Assembly (NCBI GenBank): GCA_021776795.1
Contig: JAJFFC010000014.1
Span: forward strand, 217,771 to 281,770
Direction: 5' to 3'
Source of the DNA: Planctomycetota bacterium
GTDB taxonomy: Bacteria; Planctomycetota; UBA1135
Length of the DNA stretch: 64,000 bases
Shown here: one piece after another, positions 10,587 through 19,986 of the stretch
How positions within the stretch are numbered: position 1 is the first letter of the stretch
Layout: the number at the start of each line of letters is the position of its first letter
Notes under the pieces: model-generated
What the model was told of the DNA's origin: nothing
Seen by the model: only the letters and a program-made list of their open reading frames with translations
Database searches by the model: none
Translations under genes and position numbers: made by a program

Positions 10587-11918
10587 TTAAATCTGGCCTA
10601 AGGTCTTCTCGCTGATTTCCAGGGCGCGATCGACGTCGGCCTGGGTCACGGCGAGGTGCGGACGGAAGCGCACAGTGCGGTCTCCACTGCCGAGGCCCAT
10701 CATGCCGTTTTCCATGGCCTTGGATAGGAATTGATCGCGATCACTGCCACTTGGCAGATCGAAAGCCACGATCAAACCTAGGCCGCGCATATTGCTGACG
10801 CCGCCGAAGCGACCGGCAATCGCCTTCATGCCGTCGAGCCAGTACTGGCCTTGGGCTGCTGCGTTGGCGCAAAGGTTTTCATCACGGATGACTTCGAGCA
10901 CCCGCGTGGCGCGCACCATGTCGACCAAGTTGCCACCCCAAGTAGAGTTGATGCGGCTCGACTTCTCGAAGCAGTTGTCTGGCACTTCATCGATGCGCGG
11001 ACCAGCAATGATGCCGCACTGCTGCGACTTCTTGCCAAAGCTAAACACATCTGGGGTCACGCCATAGTGCTCAAAGGCCCAAGGCTTGCCACTGGCGAAG
11101 TAACCGGTTTGCACTTCGTCGAGCAGGAACAAGCAGTCATACTTTTCGCAGCGCGCTTGCAGTCCCTGCAAGAACTCCGGACGGAAATGGCGGTCGCCAC
11201 CTTCGCACTGAATGGTCTCGATTAAGACACCGGCGATGTCATCGCCGTGCTCGGCAAAAGCGGCATCGATGTGGGCGAAGCACTCTTCTTCCTTGGCGAC
11301 GTGAGCGGCCAAATCCGCACCATCGAGTGGGAACTTGACCGAAGGCGCCGAAACGCGTGGCCAATCAAACTTCGGGAAGTAATCGACCTTGTCTGGCAAG
11401 GTGTTAGTCAACGACAAGGTGTAGCCGGAACGACCGTGGAAGGCTTTCTCAAAGTGGAGAATCTTGGTGCCGACATCGGCGTCGATTCCTTTGGCACGAT
11501 TGCGCCGCACCTTCCAGTCAAAGGCAACTTTGAGCGCATTCTCTACGGCCAAGGCACCGCCTTCGACGAAGAACATGTGCTTGTAGCCTTCGGGTACCGC
11601 AACTTCGCCCATGCGCGCGACGAACTCCGCCATTTCGACGGTGTACAAGTCCGAATTTGCTGGGCGGTTACCGACCACATGATTCAGGCTTTGCAACCAA
11701 TCTGAATCCAGCAGCGCAGGATGATTCCAACCAATCGGGGTGGAACCGAAACAACCGAAGAAGTCGAGGTACTCGCGTCCGCTACTGCTATCGACGAGGT
11801 TGGCGCCTTTCGATTTCTCAAGGTCGAGGACGACGGGGTATCCGTCGGCCAAAATCCAACGGCGCAACTCTTCGTGCACCTGTTTGGGATCAATCCAATG
11901 CTGGGTGGTGGTGGTCAT
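10587..11918 (-). CDS. lat: L-lysine 6-aminotransferase (class III PLP aminotransferase)
   Basis: GGALAVENALKVAFDWK, AFHGRSGYTLSLTNT, EGGDRHF, DEVQTG, FSFGKK and SRINSTWGG are characteristic of LAT. Confidence 0.9.
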   Translation of the reverse strand: MTTTTQHWIDPKQVHEELRRWILADGYPVVLDLEKSKGANLVDSSSGREYLDFFGCFGSTPIGWNHPALLDSDWLQSLNHVVGNRPANSDLYTVEMAEFVARMGEVAVPEGYKHMFFVEGGALAVENALKVAFDWKVRRNRAKGIDADVGTKILHFEKAFHGRSGYTLSLTNTLPDKVDYFPKFDWPRVSAPSVKFPLDGADLAAHVAKEEECFAHIDAAFAEHGDDIAGVLIETIQCEGGDRHFRPEFLQGLQARCEKYDCLFLLDEVQTGYFASGKPWAFEHYGVTPDVFSFGKKSQQCGIIAGPRIDEVPDNCFEKSSRINSTWGGNLVDMVRATRVLEVIRDENLCANAAAQGQYWLDGMKAIAGRFGGVSNMRGLGLIVAFDLPSGSDRDQFLSKAMENGMMGLGSGDRTVRFRPHLAVTQADVDRALEISEKTLGQI

Positions 11919-11922
11919 GTAC

Positions 11923-12402
11923 TTATGGGTTGGTTACCGGGCCTTGCACCCCAAAGGCAATCGGGGCGAAGTCCGGCGAACCGTTCTCTGTGAACAGAGG
12001 ATTTTCCTCGACGGTGCCGAGGATAAGAATGGGCAAAGGCGCGCTGAGCGCCTGAGTGAGCGCAGGGCTCAAGTTGAGGTGATTAAGCAGGGCAGGTCGG
12101 GAATCCTGGCCGCCTAAAACCAGGCAGGCACCGCGATCGGTGAGCACCCGAATCGCGACACGCAACTCCTCAGCGGAAAGGTTCTCGATGGGGTCAGCCT
12201 TTTCCATGCGCTTTCGTAGCGCTTCCAGAAAGGCCGCATGGCGGGCTTCCGGGATTAAGGCCAGCACCGGCAGACCGGCGCGCCAATGCTCCTTCCAGTA
12301 GGCGTACAAACGCTCTGCCAGCTGTGCCGTAGGCGCAGTGGAGTCCAGCACGAAGACCTCCCGTGGAGGCGAGCTGGTGGCAGTAGAATGATGCTTGGAC
12401 AT
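11923..12402 (-). CDS. Hypothetical protein
   Basis: Fills the gap between lat and rnpA with a globular-looking sequence; the 5' extension to 12639 overlaps rnpA and was discarded; start uncertain. Confidence 0.55.
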   Translation of the reverse strand: MSKHHSTATSSPPREVFVLDSTAPTAQLAERLYAYWKEHWRAGLPVLALIPEARHAAFLEALRKRMEKADPIENLSAEELRVAIRVLTDRGACLVLGGQDSRPALLNHLNLSPALTQALSAPLPILILGTVEENPLFTENGSPDFAPIAFGVQGPVTNP

Positions 12403-12823
12403 GAGCGAGGGAAACCCTAGCGATCCGAATGCCGCGGTGCCGCGGTTGCGCTTTCCGCGCCGTGCCCGCGTGCGTCTGCAGCGCGAGTATGCCCATGTGT
12501 ATCGGGCGGGTGGCCGCGCAAGGGGCCGCTTCATTCTAGTCGTTGCCGCCGCTTCCTTGAACCCCCCTCCCAAGGGCCCTGAGCCACGGCTGGGCCTCTC
12601 TGTGGGCCGCAAATACCACCGCCATGCCGTCAAGCGCAATCGCGCCAGACGCGTCCTACGCGAGGCCTTCCGCCTCGCCCGTCCTCACCTCCCCGCCCTC
12701 GACTACATATTGATCCCACAAATGGGTCAAATGGACTGGAACGCCCAGGAAGTTGCGCGGGAATTGCAGAAATTAGCGGCCAAGGCGCAGCGAAAATACG
12801 AGGTCAAATGCGCCGCGTCCTAA
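12401..12823 (+). CDS. rnpA: Ribonuclease P protein component
   Basis: [14 protein letters not shown]...[27 protein letters not shown] (RNR motif); start could instead be GTG ~12437. Confidence 0.93.
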   Translation: MSEGNPSDPNAAVPRLRFPRRARVRLQREYAHVYRAGGRARGRFILVVAAASLNPPPKGPEPRLGLSVGRKYHRHAVKRNRARRVLREAFRLARPHLPALDYILIPQMGQMDWNAQEVARELQKLAAKAQRKYEVKCAAS

Positions 12824-13056
12824 TCGCCTGCGTCCGCGGCTACCGCCGTGTCCTCAGCCCCATGCTTGGGGGCAGCAAGTGTCGCTTTACGCCCACTTGC
12901 TCGCAATACTCCATCGAAGCCTTGGAAGTTCATGGCAGCATCAAGGGATTCGCCCTGACCATTTGGCGGCTGTTACGCTGCCAACCGTTGTGCCGTGGTG
13001 GCTTTGACCCGGTGCCTCACAAACATAAACCAGACCATACGGATTCATGCTCTTAG
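12808..13056 (+). CDS. yidD: Membrane protein insertion efficiency factor YidD
   Basis: YRRVLSP...[10 protein letters not shown]...RLLRCQP..GGFDPVP; follows rnpA. Confidence 0.93.
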   Translation: MRRVLIACVRGYRRVLSPMLGGSKCRFTPTCSQYSIEALEVHGSIKGFALTIWRLLRCQPLCRGGFDPVPHKHKPDHTDSCS

Positions 13057-14147
13057 CACTCCTGCTCTTGCCCCCCGCCGCGCAGCAACCTGCGCAAGAA
13101 GGTCCCACCCTGCTTGCCCCTGAGAATCAGGTCGGCGTACCTCAGGGCGAAGCCCTTCGCATGGCGGAAGAGGTGCACTTTGGCGCCATTCGCCGTCTCA
13201 CCACCGAAGGCGAGAACGCTGAAGGCTACTTCAGCTGGGGTGGCACGCGTATCACCTACCAAGCCACGATTGGGGATTACCCCTGCGACCAGATTTACGA
13301 TCTGGATTTGCTGTCGGGGGCACGGCGCTTGGTCTCGACCGGTACCGGCCGCACCACCTGCAGCTTTTTCATGCCCGATGATCAGGGGATTGTCTTTGCC
13401 AGCACCCACGCCGCCGACGATAGCTGCTTGCCACCCGCCGATTTCTCGCGCGGTTATGTGTGGAAAATTTATCCGCAGTACGACATTTACGTGCGTGACC
13501 TCAAGACCTGGGAGCTCAAGCCCTTGGCACCTGCCGACGGCTACGACGCCGAAGCCGTGGTTGCCCCCGATGGCAGCAAGATTGTCTTCACGTCTCGCCG
13601 CAATGGCGACCTCGACATTTACACCATGAACGTCGACGGCTCCGAAGTAAAGCAACTCACCAACGAACTCGGCTATGACGGTGGCCCATTCTTCTCGCCT
13701 GATTCGAAGCGCATTGTTTACCGTGCTTACTACCCGAAGACGGAGTCGGAGCGTGACAAGTACCAAGCCTTGCTCGACGATGACTCGATTGAGCCGATGG
13801 CCTTACAGCTTTACGTCATGGATGCCGATGGCAGTAACAAAGTGCAGGTCACCGATAACGGCGCCGCCAACTTTGGCCCCTACTGGCACCCGAATGGTCG
13901 CCAGATCATTTACTGCTCCAACCAAGAGTCGGCGTCCGGCCGCGACTTCGATCTATTTTTGATTGGAGACGATGGCAGCAAGAATGAGCGCATCACCTAC
14001 AACCCGTCCTTTGACGGCTTCCCCATGTTCAGCGCCGACGGTCGCAACCTAATCTTTGCTTCCAATCGCGCGAACCAATCGCCAGGCGACACCAATCTGT
14101 TTATGGCAGAATGGCTCGACGAAGCACAGGCGCCTAGGCAAGACTAA
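13047..14147 (+). CDS. Periplasmic TolB-like beta-propeller (PD40 repeats)
   Basis: Signal peptide; [43 protein letters not shown] and [11 protein letters not shown] repeats. Confidence 0.88.
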   Translation: MLLALLLLPPAAQQPAQEGPTLLAPENQVGVPQGEALRMAEEVHFGAIRRLTTEGENAEGYFSWGGTRITYQATIGDYPCDQIYDLDLLSGARRLVSTGTGRTTCSFFMPDDQGIVFASTHAADDSCLPPADFSRGYVWKIYPQYDIYVRDLKTWELKPLAPADGYDAEAVVAPDGSKIVFTSRRNGDLDIYTMNVDGSEVKQLTNELGYDGGPFFSPDSKRIVYRAYYPKTESERDKYQALLDDDSIEPMALQLYVMDADGSNKVQVTDNGAANFGPYWHPNGRQIIYCSNQESASGRDFDLFLIGDDGSKNERITYNPSFDGFPMFSADGRNLIFASNRANQSPGDTNLFMAEWLDEAQAPRQD

Positions 14148-16135
14148 GCGCTAGCCGTTGTCGGCGGCGGAACGGGCGGTGGCGCTGAGCCACCGCCTTT
14201 CTTCTTGGACTGCTCCAGGAAGTAGCCCAAGGTGCCAAGGGCCAGCACCACAGCCTCGACTCCCCACATGACGTAGAGCGAAATCGCTACGCCGCTAATG
14301 AAGCCGTAGTTGTGCAAGCCGACGTTGAGCAGGTTCACGCCCCACCACGACATGCTGACGACAATGCCACCCAGAATGGCCATGTTGGCCATGCCACGCT
14401 CACGGATATAGCCGCCCATCCGTGCATGGAGAATGAGCAACATCCACAGCACAATCAGCAGGGCGCCATTTTCCTTGGGATCCCAGCCCCAGAAGCGGCC
14501 CCAGCTATCGTTGGCCCAAACGCCACCCATGATGGTGCCGAACAGCGAGAACAGCAGGCTAAAGCACACCGTGCCGTAAACCATGCGAGAAATGCTGGTG
14601 TAGAAAGCTTTGTCGTCACGGCGCCAGCCGAACAAGCGACCGAGCAACCAAATGTGGGCAATCGCGGAGGCAAGGAGTCCTCCGGCGTAACCCATGGCTA
14701 CCGTGGTGACGTGAATCGCCAGGTAGTAGTTGGTGTCCAACACCGCCACCACCGAGGCCATCGTGTCTCCCGAGGTTGCAATCTCGTGCACTTCATAGCG
14801 CATGGACAGGAACATGCCAGCAACACCTAGGAATGCCGCAAGCAAAAGGCCGATGCGCTGACGTGTTGCCCACTCAATAAACAAGGCAACCAATACTACT
14901 ACGCAGGTGATGAACAGAATGGTGTCGTAGAGCGACACAATCGGCGGACGTGAGCGAATGATGCAGCGCATGACGATGCCCGTCGTCGCCATGCCCAGTC
15001 CAAGCACGTTGAGCACGGCAACGGTCACGCGCAGCCAGCCTGCTGTAGGCACCAGGAAGCTGATGCACGAGAGGATGAAGGCCAGAAGGAATACCACCAA
15101 AGCCCTGGTGAACAAATTCCAGCTGTACAGTTTGACCTCCAAGGGAATATGTCCGTATTCCCCGCGCGCCTCGGCAAGGCCGACCGTGCGTGCATGGAAG
15201 GTCTCCAGCGTGGCCAGGAACTGGTCCGGCTGATTGCGCTGCATCTCCAGGGTCTCAAACAGGCTCAACAATTCCGTTTGCACCTGAATATCGCGGTTGG
15301 TGGTGAAACCGTTATACAAAATGTCGGCCGGCCCCCACCAAGTGTCATCGCGGGTGCCATCTTCCTTGGCAGAGGGTGGGATTAGGGTCAGGGCCCCTGA
15401 TACGTTCTGCAATGAGTTCTCTAACTCAAGCAGAAGATTGCCCGCGGCTTCCACATCTTCGGTCTGAGACTGAGGAACCTGCCCAAGAAGTTGCTGGAAC
15501 TCACGGACATTGGGAAGCATCCAGCCCAGGCCGGGCTGCTTGGGTCCGAAGACATCGCGCAGCGCTGGGCTGGCATCAAAAGGCAACTCCACACGGTTGA
15601 AAAACAACAGCTGAGTGAGGTTTTCCAATTGGCGCAAATCCTGCGACAGCTTGAGCGCCTGGGCCTCTGCCGGCGTACGATCCGTGCCCTCGATGTCAAA
15701 GACTCGGCGCGCTTCTGCATCGAGCTTGGCTACGCCAGGAATGAGTTCTTCGTAGCTGTACCAGTCGCGCTTTTTCTTGGCTTTCAGGCCCATCAGAACG
15801 ATGACTTCATCGTTTTGCACCCGGAATGAGGGGTAGGTACGCGCAAGCTCTGGAAAGAAAAGGACATCGAGCAGCCAGCGGTTGGCGTCGATCTTGGTGT
15901 CGTCGTCCAACTTGAGCGTGCGCTTGCCGTTTAGGGTCAGCAAGTTCAAGTTGGCGATGCTGTTCATCGGCTTAATCCGGCCGCGGTCTTGCACCGGCAA
16001 GGTACTGAACAGCTCGACGACCTCGTCGCTCCAACGCTCGTGGGGAGACTGCTCCTGAGCAAACCCTGCTGAGCTCATCATGCTCAGAAGGACCGTGGCG
16101 CAGAGCACCTGAATGAGGAAACGAAGCGAACTCAT
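14144..16135 (-). CDS. ccsA: Cytochrome c biogenesis protein CcsA/ResC (system II) with a large N-terminal periplasmic domain
   Basis: WWD motif GGVWANDSWGRFWGWDPKEN, conserved His in AIHV, ILHAR and GLHNYG; start ATG 16135 overlaps the upstream stop. Confidence 0.92.
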   Translation of the reverse strand: MSSLRFLIQVLCATVLLSMMSSAGFAQEQSPHERWSDEVVELFSTLPVQDRGRIKPMNSIANLNLLTLNGKRTLKLDDDTKIDANRWLLDVLFFPELARTYPSFRVQNDEVIVLMGLKAKKKRDWYSYEELIPGVAKLDAEARRVFDIEGTDRTPAEAQALKLSQDLRQLENLTQLLFFNRVELPFDASPALRDVFGPKQPGLGWMLPNVREFQQLLGQVPQSQTEDVEAAGNLLLELENSLQNVSGALTLIPPSAKEDGTRDDTWWGPADILYNGFTTNRDIQVQTELLSLFETLEMQRNQPDQFLATLETFHARTVGLAEARGEYGHIPLEVKLYSWNLFTRALVVFLLAFILSCISFLVPTAGWLRVTVAVLNVLGLGMATTGIVMRCIIRSRPPIVSLYDTILFITCVVVLVALFIEWATRQRIGLLLAAFLGVAGMFLSMRYEVHEIATSGDTMASVVAVLDTNYYLAIHVTTVAMGYAGGLLASAIAHIWLLGRLFGWRRDDKAFYTSISRMVYGTVCFSLLFSLFGTIMGGVWANDSWGRFWGWDPKENGALLIVLWMLLILHARMGGYIRERGMANMAILGGIVVSMSWWGVNLLNVGLHNYGFISGVAISLYVMWGVEAVVLALGTLGYFLEQSKKKGGGSAPPPVPPPTTASA

Positions 16136-17301
16136 GCTTGCTCTCCTGCCGCCTTTGCGCGACGCTTGGTTTGTTGTTTCAGGAATCCCCACAAGTGGCG
16201 GCCAAAGGTCATCAACAAGCCAACCGTAATCACCCACAAGCTGTATTCCGGCCATTTGTCAGATGGATTCCGTACCACGGAAAACACAGAAAAGTAAGGA
16301 CCTGTGTAGCCAGGCTCATCAGGCCCATAGCTCGATTGAAACAAGACCAGACCACCTTCGCGCAACGGCTCATTCATTTGAATCAGTACCGGTTTTTCGT
16401 CGGAATCTTGAATGCGCATCACTCTGCTGCGATAGGACTTGGCCATGCCGATGCCAGGATGATCCTCTTTCATGAACTCTTCCAGACGAATGCTGAAAGG
16501 CATGGTGTACGTCTCTCGGCCAAAATCAATCGCGAACTGGCGCTCGCCTACGGCAACCACCCATGGCGCCTCTTGGCGTGCCCACAAAATTCCCTTTTCC
16601 TGGGAGCCATCTTCTGCCACCACGGTGGCATGAAGGCCAGGCACATTGAACTCGTTCTCCTTTTCTGGGTCGAGCGGGTACAGCCCGTAGCCGTCAATGA
16701 CCTCGCCACTGGCTTGCCAACTAGGGCCCTTCGGCAAAGCACGACTATTCCTGACATACCCGGAGAGGTTCAAGGTGAAGGGCAAATCCTTTGCCGTAAA
16801 TCGGCGACTAGACTCACCGGTCAAATCCACCAAGAAATCATGATCGATCACCCACTGGGGCACCTGCTGCGTTGGGCCCAACTCCCAAATGGTGACCTCA
16901 TTGCGGTTGAGGCTGACAAAGCGATCCGACTGCTGCCCAGGCCACAACTGCAGAGCCCCCTCTTCCGAGTTGGTGAGCTTGACTAAGCCCGCAACCAACA
17001 TAAAGATGATTCCGAAGTGAATCACTAGAACTCCTACATTCCGTGCACGCCATTTGATGCGCAGCAAACCGCCAATAATCAGGTTTGCGGTCAGGAGAGA
17101 CATGGCGAGTACCCCGCCTGGGAATATGGGGAACCCGGCAAGGTATAAAAACCATGAGTTAAAGAAGGTTTGTTTGGCGGCATAAAGACCGTGATTCACC
17201 TGGTACAAAGTACCAACGAAGGTCAGCACGAACAAAACCAGAAGCAAAGCACAGGCAAGGCCATAGCTGCCAAAGAAGCGGAACAAAGGATTGTTCTTCA
17301 C
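16132..17301 (-). CDS. resB: Cytochrome c biogenesis protein ResB/CcsB
   Basis: N-terminal TM helices, GVLVIHFG (TM His), periplasmic region ending IQMNEPLR...FQSSY and a C-terminal TM; adjacent to ccsA. Confidence 0.85.
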   Translation of the reverse strand: MKNNPLFRFFGSYGLACALLLVLFVLTFVGTLYQVNHGLYAAKQTFFNSWFLYLAGFPIFPGGVLAMSLLTANLIIGGLLRIKWRARNVGVLVIHFGIIFMLVAGLVKLTNSEEGALQLWPGQQSDRFVSLNRNEVTIWELGPTQQVPQWVIDHDFLVDLTGESSRRFTAKDLPFTLNLSGYVRNSRALPKGPSWQASGEVIDGYGLYPLDPEKENEFNVPGLHATVVAEDGSQEKGILWARQEAPWVVAVGERQFAIDFGRETYTMPFSIRLEEFMKEDHPGIGMAKSYRSRVMRIQDSDEKPVLIQMNEPLREGGLVLFQSSYGPDEPGYTGPYFSVFSVVRNPSDKWPEYSLWVITVGLLMTFGRHLWGFLKQQTKRRAKAAGEQA

Positions 17302-18536
17302 TGCACTTCCTCCAGCGTGCTGGCGAAATTCAGGAAGGCCTCACGTTGCGCAGCTACTTCTTGCTCGGGGCCAGTCATTTTTAAGAACAGCGAATCCTCG
17401 TCGCGCATCAGAAGCATGGCCAGCATGGTCATGTCGGTATGCGGCACACCATCCATGCCGACGTAATCGCCATCGGCCTGAAGCAAGTAAGCCTCTTCAC
17501 CTAAGAACGGCGCTCGGGGAAGAGCTTCGACTTCTTCCTCGCTTAAAGGCTCCAATCCCATTTGTCCTTGCCAACGGTTGATATTGGGCACAAGCCCACC
17601 GGCCTGACCAGGAAGCACGACCAAATAACATTCCGTCTCTGCGGAGACGCGGAAGTTCAAGGAGCGCATCGAGGCAGGGCCGCCATCGGACCAAGTGGAG
17701 GGAACCGTGAACTGAAAACCATTCGCGGTAAAGGTCACATCTTCGGGAGCGGCCTCGGGCTGTGGTTCTTCGACGACGTCTTGCCCATGCCCTTCACCAG
17801 GAGCATGGTTGTGTCCCGCGTGGTCGTCTTCCCCCGGACCCAGGCCATCGAGAGTGAGCGAGGCCACAAAGGCGAAGAAGTGATCGCGCTCCTGCTCCAT
17901 GACGGCCTTGGGAGCGGTCATCTTGACGAAGATGACTGCAGAGGGGGTTTGCGCGATGGCGCCCAACATGGCCCAATCCTTGCCGCCCTCGCCGGCCATT
18001 CCGGAAAAATCACCCTCGAGATCGACCAGCGTGGCATTGCCCGCCAGCAACTTAATCAGCGGCAGGCTGAGGATTTCCTCATCGGAAGCTGGTGCATATC
18101 CAAACTGGCCGCGCCAGCGATTGACATTGTTGACCAAGCCACCGCCCTCGCCCCCGATGACGGTGACCGCACAGGCAGCATTAGGGTCATCTGCTGGACG
18201 CAGATTGATCAGGCGCATTTCGGTTCGCGGCTGCACCGTCCAGCCCTCGGGTAGGTCATAATCGAACATATCCGCGGCGCTTGGCTGTTGCTCTTGCTGC
18301 AGCCGCATGCGTTCCGCACGCTCTTCCTCGGTCAGACGACCGAAGCGTTCACGAGAACTCATGTTGATGTCGCCGGGCGGAACCACCGAGGCCACACGTC
18401 GCTCCTCGATTTCCACCTCGTCAGGAATGCGCTGACAGCTCGTGCCGATGGCAGCGAGCAAAAGACTGGTCCAAAGGATTCCAGTGCCCCATCCAAGAGG
18501 CCTGGGGAGGGTGTGTGCCGCGGATGGCTGCTTCAT
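17298..18536 (-). CDS. Putative lipoprotein with two homologous domains and a His-rich linker; first gene of the ccs operon
   Basis: Lipobox-like AAIGTSC; repeats GGLVNNVNRWRGQ...FVKMTAP and GGLVPNINRWQGQ...FLKMTGP; linker DDHAGHNHAPGEGHG; 4-nt overlap with resB. Confidence 0.8.
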   Translation of the reverse strand: MKQPSAAHTLPRPLGWGTGILWTSLLLAAIGTSCQRIPDEVEIEERRVASVVPPGDINMSSRERFGRLTEEERAERMRLQQEQQPSAADMFDYDLPEGWTVQPRTEMRLINLRPADDPNAACAVTVIGGEGGGLVNNVNRWRGQFGYAPASDEEILSLPLIKLLAGNATLVDLEGDFSGMAGEGGKDWAMLGAIAQTPSAVIFVKMTAPKAVMEQERDHFFAFVASLTLDGLGPGEDDHAGHNHAPGEGHGQDVVEEPQPEAAPEDVTFTANGFQFTVPSTWSDGGPASMRSLNFRVSAETECYLVVLPGQAGGLVPNINRWQGQMGLEPLSEEEVEALPRAPFLGEEAYLLQADGDYVGMDGVPHTDMTMLAMLLMRDEDSLFLKMTGPEQEVAAQREAFLNFASTLEEVQ

Positions 18537-18589
18537 GATGCCTGCAATCAGGACGGTAAGGCCTGCAATTCTAGCGCGAAGGCCTCTGG

Positions 18590-18611
18590 TAATCCTGCCT
18601 TAGGAGGATTA
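18590..18611. promoter_or_regulatory. Inverted repeat TAATCCT-N8-AGGATTA in a divergent promoter region (candidate operator)
   Basis: Perfect 7-bp arms, extendable with bulges to 18586-18616; lies between -10-like TAGAAT (minus, 18568-18573) and TAATAT (plus, 18646-18651). Confidence 0.4.
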
Positions 18612-18657
18612 TCCAGCGAATTCCACCACGGATAGCGGCGGCTCCTAATATGGCGCT

Positions 18658-19341
18658 ATGGCTGGTGCTTATTCGACCGACGACCGCGACCTGGCTCTCG
18701 CCCGTGTTGACCATTGGCTCGGCGCTGACGGACGGCAGGAAGAGCTCGAGGAGGCGATTGCTTCCTTCCTCATGGTGGCCCTTCCCGAGGAAGACAACGC
18801 CTTCGAAGAAAAGGATCTGCAGAACCCCAACTTCCAGACCTTGCTCTCCGGCTGGCTTGAGGCCGATGCCCCCCTTAGCGAGTTTCCATGCGCTGCCATG
18901 GCCGTTCTGACTACGGAAAAGGAGGAATTGGCCGCAGGCAGCCGCCGCTACTTGAGCCTACTGGCGGACAGCCGTCTTGGGTTCTTCGAGATTCAGGAGC
19001 TCGCACCCGAATTCCGCCTCACCCTGCGCGATCTTCTCAGCGGAGAGAGCTGCGTCATTCAGGGCCCGGAAGGCAGCGAGCAGCTAGAGACCGGCGATGT
19101 CCTCGCCGCCCGCCTGCTTGATGGCAACCACGACGACGAGAAGGTCTTAGATAGCCTGGTCCTGCTTCCAGGTAGCGCAGCCGATATTCGCATCCTTCTG
19201 CACGAGTATCGCCAAGGCCTGATTCAAGAAGGCGATGACGAGGTGGTGCAAGCCCTCGAATCCAGCAAGGGTGATCGCGTCTTTCGTAAGCTTCTGGCGC
19301 CGGTGGCCGGTCGATTGTGGATGGCTGGCGTCGAAGCCTAA
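18658..19341 (+). CDS. Hypothetical acidic protein (resembles domains found in SEC-C-motif proteins)
   Basis: 227-aa ORF filling the gap; SRLGFFEIQEL...LTLRDLLSGE...GDVLAARL pattern; TAATAT 6 nt upstream. Confidence 0.65.
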   Translation: MAGAYSTDDRDLALARVDHWLGADGRQEELEEAIASFLMVALPEEDNAFEEKDLQNPNFQTLLSGWLEADAPLSEFPCAAMAVLTTEKEELAAGSRRYLSLLADSRLGFFEIQELAPEFRLTLRDLLSGESCVIQGPEGSEQLETGDVLAARLLDGNHDDEKVLDSLVLLPGSAADIRILLHEYRQGLIQEGDDEVVQALESSKGDRVFRKLLAPVAGRLWMAGVEA

Positions 19342-19976
19342 ATCGCCATCATTGCCTGCAGCAGCAGGAACATGGCGGCAACCACACACAGGACCGGGAA
19401 CAAGAAACCCCAACGGCTGAATCCCTGTAAGGATGGTGGCAGATTCAGAGATTCTGGCGCAAGTTCGACCTGATGCTCCAATAAGCTCGGCAACAACGCG
19501 CGGCGAAACTCGCGAGCGCCTGCGCCACTGAGGAAGATATTCTTTCCGGCTTCGTCGACCGTGACCTTTACCGGCCACGATGGGCAATCCCATTTGCTCT
19601 TGCTCCAATGAGCATGCTCGTCCAACGTGCGCACCTCATTGCGGAGCCATTTCCGCAACTTTTCTTTGTCGGCCCCGACCAAATGAATGTGGTCACTCTT
19701 CCTCACGGCTGCAAAAAATACGGCGATCAGACGCAACACGATTAGCAAAAGCAAAAACAGTAAATACGGAAGCCTTGTGGTCTGAGCCTCCACCGGCACA
19801 TGGTCCAAGGACTGTTGATAGAGAAAGGGAAAAACGGCAACTGCAGTGCCCAAGGTATACAGCCATGGGCTACTGGATCGAAAAACAAACACCCGTTTCG
19901 TCACCCACCAAGCCATTTGCAATGCCGCGAATAATAATGCGATAGCGACGGCGGGATATGCGAGGATTTCTAGCAC
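19338..19976 (-). CDS. Hypothetical membrane protein
   Basis: About 4 hydrophobic segments; start moved to GTG 19976, just after the trpS stop. Confidence 0.65.
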   Translation of the reverse strand: MLEILAYPAVAIALLFAALQMAWWVTKRVFVFRSSSPWLYTLGTAVAVFPFLYQQSLDHVPVEAQTTRLPYLLFLLLLIVLRLIAVFFAAVRKSDHIHLVGADKEKLRKWLRNEVRTLDEHAHWSKSKWDCPSWPVKVTVDEAGKNIFLSGAGAREFRRALLPSLLEHQVELAPESLNLPPSLQGFSRWGFLFPVLCVVAAMFLLLQAMMAI

Positions 19977-19986
19977 GCGGGGTTGC

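Noticed and set aside
10578-10588. 11-mer GGGCACGATTT shared with the IS left end (35162-35172)
   Set aside because: A single short match that is expected by chance in 64 kb; no palindromic core or paired end
12403-12639. Arg-rich minus-strand stretch (MKRPLARPP...[12 protein letters not shown]) near rnpA, superficially like rpmH/L34
   Set aside because: It lies antisense within rnpA and lacks the L34 MKRTxQP...HGF motif; shadow frame
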